Source: Mobula hypostoma
Lineage: Eukaryota
DNA: 64,000 nt
Assembly: GCF_963921235.1 (NCBI RefSeq)
Contig: NC_086097.1
Location: forward strand, 118,422,001 to 118,486,000
Direction of reading: 5' to 3'
The notes beneath the pieces are model-generated. The model had not been told where the DNA came from and made no database searches. It worked only from the letters and a program-made list of their open reading frames with translations. The translations under genes and the position numbers were made by a program. This document shows, in pieces, positions 36,472-47,203 of this stretch; positions within the stretch are counted from its first letter, which is position 1, and each line of letters starts with the position of its first letter.

Positions 36472-38266
36472 TTTGGATAGACAGGGACTTATTAGGGAGA
36501 GTCAACATGGTTTTGTGCATGGTCGGTCATGTTTGACTAAACTATTGGAGTTTTTCAAGGAGGTTACCAGGAAAGTGGATGAAGGGAAGGCAGTGGATGT
36601 TGTCTACATGGACTTCAGTTAGGCCTTTGACAAGGTCCCGCATGGGAGGTTAGTTAGGAAAATTCAGTCGCTAGGTATACATGGAGAGGTGGCAAATTGG
36701 ATTAGTTATTGGCTCAGTGGAAGAAACCAAAGAGTGGTAGTAGAGGATTGCTTCTCAGAGTGGTGGCCTGTGTCTAGTGGTGTGACACAGGGATCAGTGC
36801 TGGGTCCATTGTTATTTGTCATCTATATCAATGATCTGGATGATAATGTGGGAAATTGGATCAGCAAATTTGCTGACGATACAAAGATTGGAGGTGTAGT
36901 GGACAGTGAGGAAGGTTTTCGAAGCTTGCAGAGGGATTTGGACCAGCTGGAAAAATAGGCTGAAAAATGGCAGATGGAGTTTAATACAGACAAGTGTGAG
37001 GTATTGCACTTTGGAAAGACAAACCAAGGTAGAACATACAGGGTTAATGGTAAGGCACTAAGGAGTGCAGTGGAACGGAGGGATCTGGGAATACAGATAC
37101 AAAATTCCCTAAAAGTGTCATCACAGGTAGATAGGGTCGTAAACAGAGTTTTTGGTATATTGGCCTTTATTAATCAAAGTACTGAGAAAAAGAGCTGGAA
37201 TGTTATGATGAGATTGCATAAGGCATTGGTGAGGCTGAATCTGGAATATTGTGTTCAGTTTTGGTCACCAAATTACAAGAAGGATATTAATAATGTTGAA
37301 AGAGTGCAGAGAAGGTTTACAAGGATGTTGCCAGGACTTGAGAAACTCAGTTACAGAGAAAGGTTGAATAGGTTAGGATTTTATTCCCTGGAGCGTAGAA
37401 GAATGAAGAGAGATTTGATAGAGGTATATAAAATTATGATGGGTATAGACAGAGTGAATGCAAGCAGGCTTTTTCCACTGAGGCAAGGGGAGAAAAAAAC
37501 CAGAGGACATGGGTTAAGGTTGAAGGGGGAAAAGTTTAAAGGAAACACTAGGGGGGGCTTCTTCACACAGAGAGAGGTGGGAGTGTGGAATGAGCTTCCA
37601 GATGAGGTGGTAAATGTGGGTTCTTTTTTAACATTTAAGAATAAATTGGACAGATACATGGATGGGAGGTGTATGGAGGGATATGGTCCGTGTGCAGGTC
37701 AGTGGGTCTAGGCAGAAAATGGTTCGGCACAGCCAAGAAGGGCCAAAAGGCCTGTTTCTGTGTTGTAGTTTTTCTATGGTTTCTATGGTCTCTATGGTTT
37801 CTAAAAGAGTGTGAACATTCTTACCATAACTGAGTGCTCTGGTTTCCTCAGACATTTCAAAAATTTATGGGTGGGTTTACTGAGTTGCAGGCATGCTACG
37901 TTGGTACCAGAAGCATGGTCCAGTGCAGTTTACGCTGATTTGATTTGACACAAATGATACATTTCACTGTATGTTTCAACATACATATGACAACTAAATC
38001 TAGTATTTACTTTATCTTTAATCTAATCTTTCAAAACCAAATTGTACGTGTGACCAAGTAGAAGTCCTTTTGTTTCATAAAGGTTTCAGGGCTCTTCAGG
38101 GGAGAACATTTGTATCCGGTCACTGGCAGCCTGTGTGTTGGGGATCATTACTGGAACATCCAGATTTACAAAGCAGTGTATCCTTCATGTTGAAATCAAC
38201 TTATATGAAGTTGCTTCCGTTTGGGAACAGAGCATCAAGGACGTCTCAAGCTGTGAGGTGTATTGT

Positions 38267-39278
38267 CAAACAAACAACAGGAATTCTGCAGATGCTGGAA
38301 ATTCAAGCAACATACATCAAAGTTGCTGGTGAACGCAGCAGGCCAAGCAGCATCTATAGGAAGAGGCGCAGTCGACGTTTCAGGCCGAGACCCTTCGTCA
38401 GGACTAACTGAAGGAAGAGTGAGTAAGGGATTTGAAAGCTGGAGGGGAAGGGGGACATGCAAAATGATAGGAGAAGACAGGAGGGGGAGGGATAGAGCCG
38501 AGAGCTGGAGAGGTGATAGGCAAAAGGGGATACGAGAGGATCATGGGACAGGAGGTCCGGGAAGAAAGACAAGGAGGGGAGGGTGACCCAGAGGATGGGC
38601 AAGAGGTATATTCAGAGGGACAGAGGGAGAAAAAGGAGAGTGAGAGAAAGAATGTGTGCATAAAAATGAGTAACAGATGGGGTACGAGGGGGAGGTGGGG
38701 CCTTAGCGGAAGTTAGAGAAGTCAATGTTCATGCCATCAGGTTGGAGGCTACCCAGACGGAATATAAGGTGTTGTTCCTCCAACCTGAGTGTGGCTTCAT
38801 CTTTACAGTAGAGGAGGCCGTGGATAGACATGTCAGAATGGGAATGGGATGTGGAATTGAAATGTGTGGCCACTGGGAGATCCTGCTTTCTCTGGCGGAC
38901 AGAGCGTAGATGTTCAGCAAAGCGGTCTCCCAGCCTGCGTCGGGTCTCACCAATATATAAAAGGTAACATCGGGAGCACCGGACGCAGTATATCACCCCA
39001 GTCGACTCACAGGTGAAGTGATGCCTCACCTGGAAGGACTGTTTGGGGCCCTGAATGGTGGTAAGGGAGGAAGTGTAAGGGCATGTGTAGCACTTGTTCT
39101 GCTTACACGGATAAGTGCCAGGAGGGAGATCAGTGGGGAGGGATGGGGGGGACGAATGGACAAGGGAGTTGTGTAGGGAGCGATCCCTGCGGAATGCAGA
39201 GAGGGGGGGGAGGGAAAGATGTGCTTAGTGGTGGGATCCCGTTGGAGGTGGCGGAAGTTACGGAGAATAATACGTTGG
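38267..39278 (-). mobile_element. Young PLE 3' part (GIY-YIG and tail)
   Basis: ORF 38703-39029 GVIYCVRCSRCYLLYIGETRRRLGDRFAEH..GMNIDFSNFR. Confidence 0.93.
38369..38406 (-). ncRNA. Minimal hammerhead ribozyme motif in the PLE tail
   Basis: tagtc CTGACGA a gggtctcggcct GAAA cg TC gactg. Confidence 0.72.
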
Positions 39279-39339
39279 ATGGTGCAGCATTCTGGAATGA
39301 CTGAGGCTAGGAAATTGAGAGTCATTATCATCTTAAATC

Positions 39340-39960
39340 TAAACACAAGGGATTCTGCAGATGCTGAAAATCTAGAGTGACATACACATAATGCTGCAGA
39401 AACATAGCAGGTCAGGCAGCATATATGGAGAAAACTAACCCGTTGGTGTTTTGGGCGAGACACTTCATCAGACGGGAAAGGAAAGGGGAAGAAGCTACAA
39501 TAAGAAGGTGGTGAGAGGAGAAGTAGTACAAGCTAGAAGGTGATAAGTGAAGCCAGGTGAAGACGAAGGTAGGTGTATGGGGTGCGGGGGTGGTGAGAAG
39601 CTGGGCGTGATAGGCGAAAAAGGTAAAGAGCTGAAGAAGAAGGTATCTGATAAGAGAGGAGAGTGGACCATGGAAGAAAGGGAAGTAGCAAAGGAAAGAG
39701 AGGGAGGTGATAGGCAGGTGAGGAGAAGAAAAAGGGAGCCAGAAGCGGGAATGGAAAATCAGAGAAGGGAGGGTGGGAAATTAGCTAATGTTGGAGAAAG
39801 CGAAGTTTGTGCATAAAGCTACCCAAATGGAATAGGATGTATTGCTCTCTAACCTGACAGTGGCCTCATCGTGGCTGTAAAGGAGAGCATGTACTGACAT
39901 GTTAGAATGGGAATGAAGAGTGGAATTAAAAAGGTTGACCACTGGGAAATCTTTTGTGGA
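39340..39960 (-). mobile_element. Old PLE 3' fragment
   Basis: FPVVNLFNSTLHSHSNMSVHALLYSHDEATVRLES; ttctgcagatgctg terminus. Confidence 0.8.
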
Positions 39961-41194
39961 TAGAGCTGTATAGTGGTGTGTGCTTGGCTGGAGTCCTCCT
40001 ACAAAATGGAACATATCTGAGTGATGACAGGCTGGTAGATCTGTGCCCTTCAGGGATGTGGAGATGCAATTATCTGCCACCATATTGCCACCAGGGATAA
40101 TTGCCTCTTTCCTCTAGATCCATGATCTTTACTGAGTCACTCGCAAAAATTTAGACTGAAGACTCCACACAAAAAGCACTACCAGTGACTTAATGACAGA
40201 GGAAAGCATTGCAAATATTAATCGTGCTACATTTTAAAGCTAAATTCAGAGCAATTGTATGAAATGACTCAGAGCACTTTAGGAAAAGTAGAAATAGTTT
40301 CTGGGAAGTTTTGAAGCTGACAGTTAAAAGTTTCTTTTTATTGTTTTTTCAGTTATGTAATTATATTTTAATGGACCCCACTACTATTGAGAACTTTTTT
40401 TTCTTTTTCTGTGACTATCAAACATTGTTTGCTTGACCTGGAAGCTACATTAAAGTTTGCATCACTGACAAATGATGATGCGCCATTGCTGATTTCATTA
40501 CTTGCTGAAAATACATCAGACCAGATCAAATTTGGCAATTGATGCAATGTGACATGGAGCCCTCATTATCTGCAGACTTACCATCTATGGTATCAGCATG
40601 CTCGTGAGGACAGGATTATGTTAGAACACTCAGGGTAAAGACTGGAGTCAAGGTATGCAGCCAGGGCAGGGTTCCGGAGTGTGCACTCAGTAAGTGGCCA
40701 GAACCACGACCAGGGTTAGCATTATTGGGGAATCAGGATATAAGTAAATTTACATAATTGCTGAAACTGAAATTTACAAACACTGAAGAAGTGTCACATC
40801 ATGGAGGGGTTGACAACTCTATTTCAGTGAGCTTTGATATCATTCATAGAAGCTTTAGTGGTGTCCACATTTGGAAAGAGTATGCCCCTCTCCCTTGTGA
40901 GTTACAAGGTCTAAGTGCATATTCAGTGGCCACTTTCAGAATCAACTGAGCTGAACTGAATATGCCAGGAATCTTTTGATGACTTATGTGGGTTGGTGCT
41001 TTATATTCTGTGTTCTTCACTCTTTTTTTACCGTTTGCATATTTTGCTTTTTTTGTGCATGGGGGGGGGGGAATTGGTTTGATGTTTTTCTTTGAACAGG
41101 TTCCATGGCTTTTTTTGTTTCATGGTTCCCTGTGGGAAGACAAATCTCAGGGCTGAATACTGCATAGATACTTTGATAATAAATGTACATTGAA

Positions 41195-41968
41195 TCAAAA
41201 TCACGTTTAATATTATTGGCGTATATTAAGAAATATGTTGTTTAGCGGCAACAGTAATAATAAAAATACCCATAAATTACAATAAGAAAAGCATATATGT
41301 AGCCGTGAGTTCGAGCCCCAGCCGAGGGAACGTGTTGTGTCCTTGAGCAAGGCACTTAATCACACATTGCTCTGCGACGACACTGGTGCCAAGCTGTATG
41401 GGTCCTAATGCCCTTCCCCTGGACAACATTGGTGTCATGGAGAGAGGAGACTTGCATCATGGGCAACTGCTGGTCTTCCATACAACCTTGTCCAGGCCTG
41501 CGCCCTGGAGAGTGAAGACTTTCCAGGCGCAGATCCATGGTCTCGCAAGACTAACGGATGCCTTTATATAAAAGAAAAAAAATAACGAATTAGTGAGTTA
41601 GTGTACGTGGGTCCAATTTCCATTCAGAGATCTGATGGCAGAGGGGAAGAAGCTGTTCCTAAAATGTTCACTATATATCTTCCAGCTTCTATACTTCCTG
41701 CTTGATGGTAGCAATGAGAAGAGGACATGTCCTGGATAATCACATATGCACCTTTCTGAGGCATTAGCTTTTGAAGAGGTCCTCGATGCTGGTGAGGCCA
41801 GTGCCCATGATGGAGCTGGCTGAGTTTGCAATTTTCTACAGCTTTTTTTCCAATTCTGTGCAGTGGCCCCGCCATACCAAATTATGATGGAACAAGTTGG
41901 AATGCTTTCCACAGTACATCTATAGAAATTTGAGAGTGTCTTTGGTGACATAGCAAATCTCCTCAATT
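41195..41968 (-). mobile_element. Rex1-type 3' fragment interrupted by a SINE
   Basis: RRFAMSPKTLSNFYRCTVESI..LFSLLPSSRKYRS..FRNSFFPSAIR. Confidence 0.8.
41300..41566 (+). mobile_element. tRNA-derived SINE, 5'-truncated
   Basis: Box B gttcgagcc and tgtgtccttgagcaaggcactta core; homologous to 49926-50227. Confidence 0.75.
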
Positions 41969-42380
41969 TTATTAGGTAAACCTGTACACATGCTCATTAA
42001 ATCAATTATCAACTCAGTCAATCATGAGGAAGCAACTTAATGCATAAAAGCATGCAGACATGGTCAAGAGGTTCAGTTGTTGTTCACAGCAAACAGTCAG
42101 ATAGAGAAGAAACTTGATTTATGTGACTTTGACTGTGAAATGATTGTTGATCTTAGTTTGAATATTTCAGAAACTGCTCATCTCCTGAGATCTTCGCGCA
42201 CAATATGCGTGAAGTTTTACAGAGAATGGTACGAAAAACAAAAGAAAATCTATTGAGTGGCAGTTCTGTGGGTGACAACGTCTTGCTAATGAGAGAGGTC
42301 AGAGGAGAATGGCCAGACTGGTTCAAACTGACAGGAAGCCGACAGTAAATCAAGTAACCACACGTTACAACAGTGGTGTG
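41969..42380 (+). mobile_element. Non-autonomous Tc1-like element
   Basis: Homologous to 28505-28900 and 43190-43716. Confidence 0.75.
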
Positions 42381-42944
42381 CAGATTTAATTCGAAATTTT
42401 GTTTGTGAGGTGCATTCTGTTCTCGCTTTCCGTTTCTGATGTTTATATTGAGTAGAGAATTAAAGAGAAAGCAGACTATCATCAAACAATTAGAGGAAAA
42501 CAGTCATTGTTGTCTCAGAGGTAGAGCAGAAGGAACAGCATTAGTATGGATTCAGTTCAACTCAAAATTATGTTTGTTTGAAAAAATATTTACATATGGA
42601 TGAAAAATGGTGCACATGACTGACAGCAATATGCTGCTGTTACTGCTGGATAAATTATTCAATCCAAGTTAATTGTGACTTATTTTAAATAATTGATCAG
42701 ATTGTGCCCAACTGAATCACATCACTGCCCTTCATATAGACATAATTTCATGGGCTGTTGACCTTTGCTGTTCTTCATATAGTTTAATGATCTCAAACAC
42801 CACAAAATTGTTCCAATTGTATTAAAATATATATTTAATATCTTTGTTAAGCTTCTGCTAATTATGATCAGGAATTCATCACTCCATTTTTTTCTGTTCT
42901 CGTTTTCTGCATGTGTGGCTTCATGCTGTGTTTTCTTTCCACAG

Positions 42945-42995
42945 ATTCCAGCTATTCCATCAAACAACAGGGAGCAGCTGAGGAACTGAATGCTG
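42945..42995 (+). CDS. Candidate 51-nt host coding exon, phase 1-1: (D)SSYSIKQQGAAEELNA
   Basis: Strong acceptor gtgttttctttccacag, donor G|gtaact, open frame, non-repetitive context. Confidence 0.4.
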
Positions 42996-43189
42996 GTAAC
43001 TTATTTGATTAAAAGAGAGGGCTGCAGCTACACAGAAGCAAGTCCATACCTGTAACCACTCAAGGTCCACCCTTTCTGTGATTTCAATATCAGCCATAAG
43101 AGACTAAGATCAGTTTTGATATCTTTTGCACATCAGGCAGAGTTAGCAAGCACCAGAACTGTGATAAAATCTGGGACTTCTTCAATCTT

Positions 43190-43716
43190 CATTCAGTGTC
43201 CACTTTATTAGGTACACCTGCTTATTAATGCAAATATCTCATCTGCCAATAACGATGCAACAATCCAATGCATAAAAGAACACAGACATGGTCAAGAGGT
43301 TTAGTTATTTAGACCAAACATCAGAATGGGGTTAGAGTGTGATCTAAGAGACTTTGCCCATGGAATGATTGTTGGTGCCAGAGGGGGTGATTGGAGTATC
43401 CCAGAAACTACTGATCCCCTGGGATTTTTACACAATCTTTAGTATTTACAGGGAATGGTACAAAAATCAATAAAAACTATCCAGCCAGTGGCAGTTTTGT
43501 GGGCAAAAATGTCTTGTTAATGAGAAAGGTCAGAGGAGAATATCCAGAGAGGTTCAAGTTGACAGGAAGGTGACAGTATCTTAAACAACCAAGCATCACA
43601 ATAGTGGTATACAGGAGAGCATCTTTGAATGCACAACATGCCAAACCTTGAAGTGGATGTGCTATAGCAGCAGATGACCATGAATGTACACTCAGTGGCC
43701 ACTTTATTAAGTACAG
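43190..43716 (+). mobile_element. Non-autonomous Tc1-like element
   Basis: cagtg(t/g)ccactttatta motif at both ends; transposase HTH remnant (GMIVGAR). Confidence 0.75.
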
Positions 43717-44884
43717 TATGGGTGTAGGTAAATAATTGTACTTACCAAATCTGCCATTGTTGTATCCACCTTTATGGTCACATCGAGAAGCTATCAGCAG
43801 CACACATTAGGAATACAAATTTGAAACACAACCCAGAATACAAGTTCATAAAGCTGTTACTATTGAAGGCTTCAGCTCTTGGTTTCCTTCTTCTGAATAC
43901 CATTACCACCGTTTGTGTTCACAATGCTTTCAAACAACTCCAAATCAAAATAAGTTAAGTTAACTAAGAGGTGAGTAATTTTGCACACATTTTTGAGTGT
44001 CTAAACGCCAGTGAAGAAAAGTGTCAACTCATTTTTTAAAGATGGTTTTCATTTTCTTAAAACTCTTTCCTTTAGCCTCTATCTCTATAAACTATTATCA
44101 ACAATAATGCAAAATTCAGTTCAACCACAGTGAGAATCTTTACCTCAGAAAATATACTGCATTTATTTGTTCTTAGAGCAACTGACTTTTACTAAACTCC
44201 ACAACCCCCCCAAAAAAAACGTATATCTGAAAGGGTGAGCTACATCTTTTTCCATCAGTGAAAACTGTGAACTTCCATAACCTTGTATATAACCTCTGCC
44301 ACATCTGATAGTTTCATTTGTATTCATCTGCGATGGGGATCATTTCAAAGGAGGTAAGAAAATGTAGGAAATAAGAACAGGGTCATAGATTCAGATTTGT
44401 ATTGAGCAAGAAGATGGCTGATCTTTTTTTTCAAACTCAGAACTACTTTCTTTGACTAACCCTCAGTTTTGGAACCACTTGACATCCAAAAAAAAGCTTC
44501 AGTTCTTCTCTTGGATATATCAAACATTTGTTCTTTGGAATTCCTTGCACTTTCTTCCCTCAACCCTCTGGATGATGAGGTTTTCTCATGTTTATCCTAA
44601 ATACACCTTTATTTAAAAAAAAACTATGTTCCCTTATGATTCCAGGCACCTGAAGTAGCAGAAACAGTATCCCAGTCGTTCCCTTTTCAAGCCCTGATAT
44701 GAATTCTGCATGTTTCAATCAGATATCCTCTCATTCTCCTAACTGTGACAACACAGGATCAGTCTGATCATTTAATTTCCTAGGTCAATACTGCTATTTA
44801 TGAATCAGTCTGTTGGTCATTAAATGCATCATCATAATGAGACCCTTCACTAGTTTGAAAAATCATACATGCACCCAATATTCC

Positions 44885-45680
44885 GGTAAGATGGCAGCAC
44901 GCACGGTGTAGCCATTCATCTTTCATGTCTTTTTCACAATTGCCGGAAGTTTAGAGCCTCAATTACTGCAGATATGCCCCACTAGTGAGTTGCTAAATAG
45001 TGATGAAGCTGGACTTGTTGTGCACAGTGTTGTCGCCTGGGCTTGGTGCATTCTGTTGTCGTGCGGAGGCTCTAGGTACTCCAACAAACAGGGCAAATGA
45101 TTGTCTTGGACGGTTTTTATTATGATCACAAGACTCTGCTGGACATTGGTAATGTAGAATACTGCAAGTCTGGCTTATCGTCGAGACCGATGGCGGGGGA
45201 GTTGTGAGGCCTCGTTTGTTGCGTGGACCAGGCCCTTATGCCTCAGTGTCACCTGTTGCAACAGCTCAGGAGAGGAGATGACGGAGGCATTGTGGGCGAG
45301 ATTAGAGGCCTATAATTGCATGCTGGAATCAGTGCTGGGTTGGGGGCTGCTCCCCAGCCCCGTCAAGCTGCTCTCCAGTGTTCGCTCGCTGAAAGACAAC
45401 GCTGGAATGCATTCATCTGTGGCTGCATGAGTGTGCGAAGAGGACCACTGCATGTTTGCTCTTGCAGAAACTGGACAACATGCATGCACCATCAATCCAC
45501 CAGCCACATCATTCAGGAACGGGCTATATGTTTTTGTGACTGTATATCTTAACTATATGTAATTTATGTGCTATGTACTGTGTGCTGTTTGTGACTGTGG
45601 TACCTTGGTCCCGGAGGAAAGGTATTTTATTTGGCTATATTCATGTTGATGGTTGAATGATAATTAAACTTGAATTTGAA
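44885..45680 (+). mobile_element. Probable LINE-derived non-autonomous retroelement
   Basis: Starts aagatggcagc, is CpG-richer than its flanks and ends taattaaacttgaatttgaa, a Rex1/L2-like tail. Confidence 0.45.
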
Positions 45681-45819
45681 CAGGGACCTTTACAATTGTA
45701 GCAAGGTATCTTTACTCATGCACTCAAATCTCTAGCAATAAAGACCAATATACTGCGTACTTTCTTGACTGATTGCTGTACCTGTGCATTCATTTTCAGT
45801 GATACACAGGCAAAAAAAA

Positions 45820-46660
45820 ATTCCCCATTTTCTGCTTTCCGCAGGGGTCCCTCCCTCCTGGCACTTATCCTTGCAAGCGGAACAAGTTGCACACCTGTCC
45901 CCTACACCTCCTCCCTCACTACCATGCAGGGCTCTAAACAGTCCATCCAGGTGAGCCGACACTTCATCTGTGAGTCTGTTGGGGTCATCTACTGCATCCG
46001 ATACTCCCAATGTAGCCTCCTGTATACAGTATCGATGAGACCCGACGTAGATTGGGAGACTGTTTCACCAAGCACCTACGCTCCATCCGTCAGAAAACCT
46101 GAGATCTCCTAATGGCCACCCATTTCAGTTCTACTTCCATTCCCATTCCAAGATATAATTCAATGGCCACCTCTACTGCCACGATGAGGCCACATGGAGC
46201 AGCATCTTATATTCCATCTAGGTAGTCTCAAACCCGATAGCATTAACATCAATTTCTCAAACTTCCAGTAATTGCCTCCACCTGTCCTTCACCATTCCCC
46301 ATTCCCATTTCCTCTCTCACCTTATCTCTTTACTTGCCCATCACCTCCCTCTGGTGGTCCTCTCCCTTCCCATTCTTCCATGGCCTTCTGTCCTCTACTA
46401 TCAGATTTCCCCCACCTCCAGCCCTTTATTTCTTTCACCAAACAACTTCCCATCTCTTTACTTCATCACTGCCCCCTCCCAGTTTCACTTGTCACCTGCT
46501 AACTTGTACTTCTTTCTCCCTTCCTCCTACCTTCTTACTCTGACCTCATCTCTTTTTGCCAGTCCTGATAAAGGGTCTCGGCCTGAAAAGGTGACTGTTT
46601 ACTCTTTTCCACAGATGCTGCCTGGCCTGCTGAGCTCCTTCAGCATTTTTCATGTATTAC
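45820..46660 (+). mobile_element. Old PLE 3' part with a decayed hammerhead at ~46560-46597
   Basis: RHFICESVGVIYCIRYSQCSLLY; cagtcctgataaagggtctcggcctgaaaag. Confidence 0.85.
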
Positions 46661-46689
46661 AAGAACAAAGAGCTACCTTTGAAGATTAG

Positions 46690-47110
46690 CACTTTGGTTG
46701 GGTTGAGCTGTTCTCCGATCTCGGCAACCAGCTGCATTTTAAAGATGCATTTCATCACCATACGAGGAGACATCATCAGCATGCTGTTAATTTGTGCTGT
46801 GTCCTCAGAATGCTTGGCCTTTACATACTTATTAATCAACTGATTGGCCGTCATTAGAAACTCAGTTGTGAGGTAGGGAGGGGGTCTTATCACTGAATGG
46901 TTGCAGGTGAACTCTGTGCGTCGTGGCCTGGAATTTTGCCCGGACTGGCTTATAAATAGAATTGAGATATACATGTTTGTTTTCAGAATTGTTCACAGAA
47001 AAACATGCTTCTAGGAATTCTCTTGTCTGCTGTGTGTTTGTTGGCATCATGACTTTCACTGATGCCCAGTCAAATTTGTGCCCCTTTCGACCATTATGGG
47101 TGGGTCTTTA
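46690..47110 (-). mobile_element. PLE of a distinct (Poseidon-like) lineage, 3' fragment
   Basis: GHKFDWASVKVMMPTNTQQTREFLEACFSVNNSENKHVYLNSIYKPVR (GIY-YIG C-terminus type), followed by a hammerhead-bearing tail. Confidence 0.7.
46740..46785 (-). ncRNA. Minimal hammerhead motif of the second PLE lineage, decayed
   Basis: CTGATGA tgtctcctcgtatggtgat GAAA tgca TC, with palindromic ATGCAT helix III. Confidence 0.6.
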
Positions 47111-47203
47111 CTGTTCACTCTGCCCATTTGAAAAGCATGCCAAAGCTGATGATATCATCGTTTTCCTCTTTTGAGTGTCCTCAGCCTCATCTGTTTATAC
47201 CTT

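Larger units (their letters stand above)
29740..37802 (+). mobile_element. CR1 family B (ORF1 end and ORF2, with stops), hosting two nested insertions
   Basis: VHIGTNDIARK.., CIYFNARSI, YDVIAISESW, GDFNFPHIDWD, FADDTKIGG, (tttctatgg)n tail; TSD aaaag at 29735-29739 and 37803-37807. Confidence 0.92.
29665..38030 (+). mobile_element. tRNA-like SINE split by CR1-B (head 29665-29739, tail 37803-38030)
   Basis: Head tagcagttagtgc..ggtttgattccc (box-B-like); the tail matches the related SINE at 53222-53470. Confidence 0.6.

Noticed and set aside
40470..40510. C/D-box-like motifs (atgatga..ctga)
   Set aside because: Too short, with no terminal stem or recognisable guide.
44258..44353. Possible exon with a strong GAG|gtaaga donor
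   Set aside because: All three frames from the nearest acceptor contain stops.
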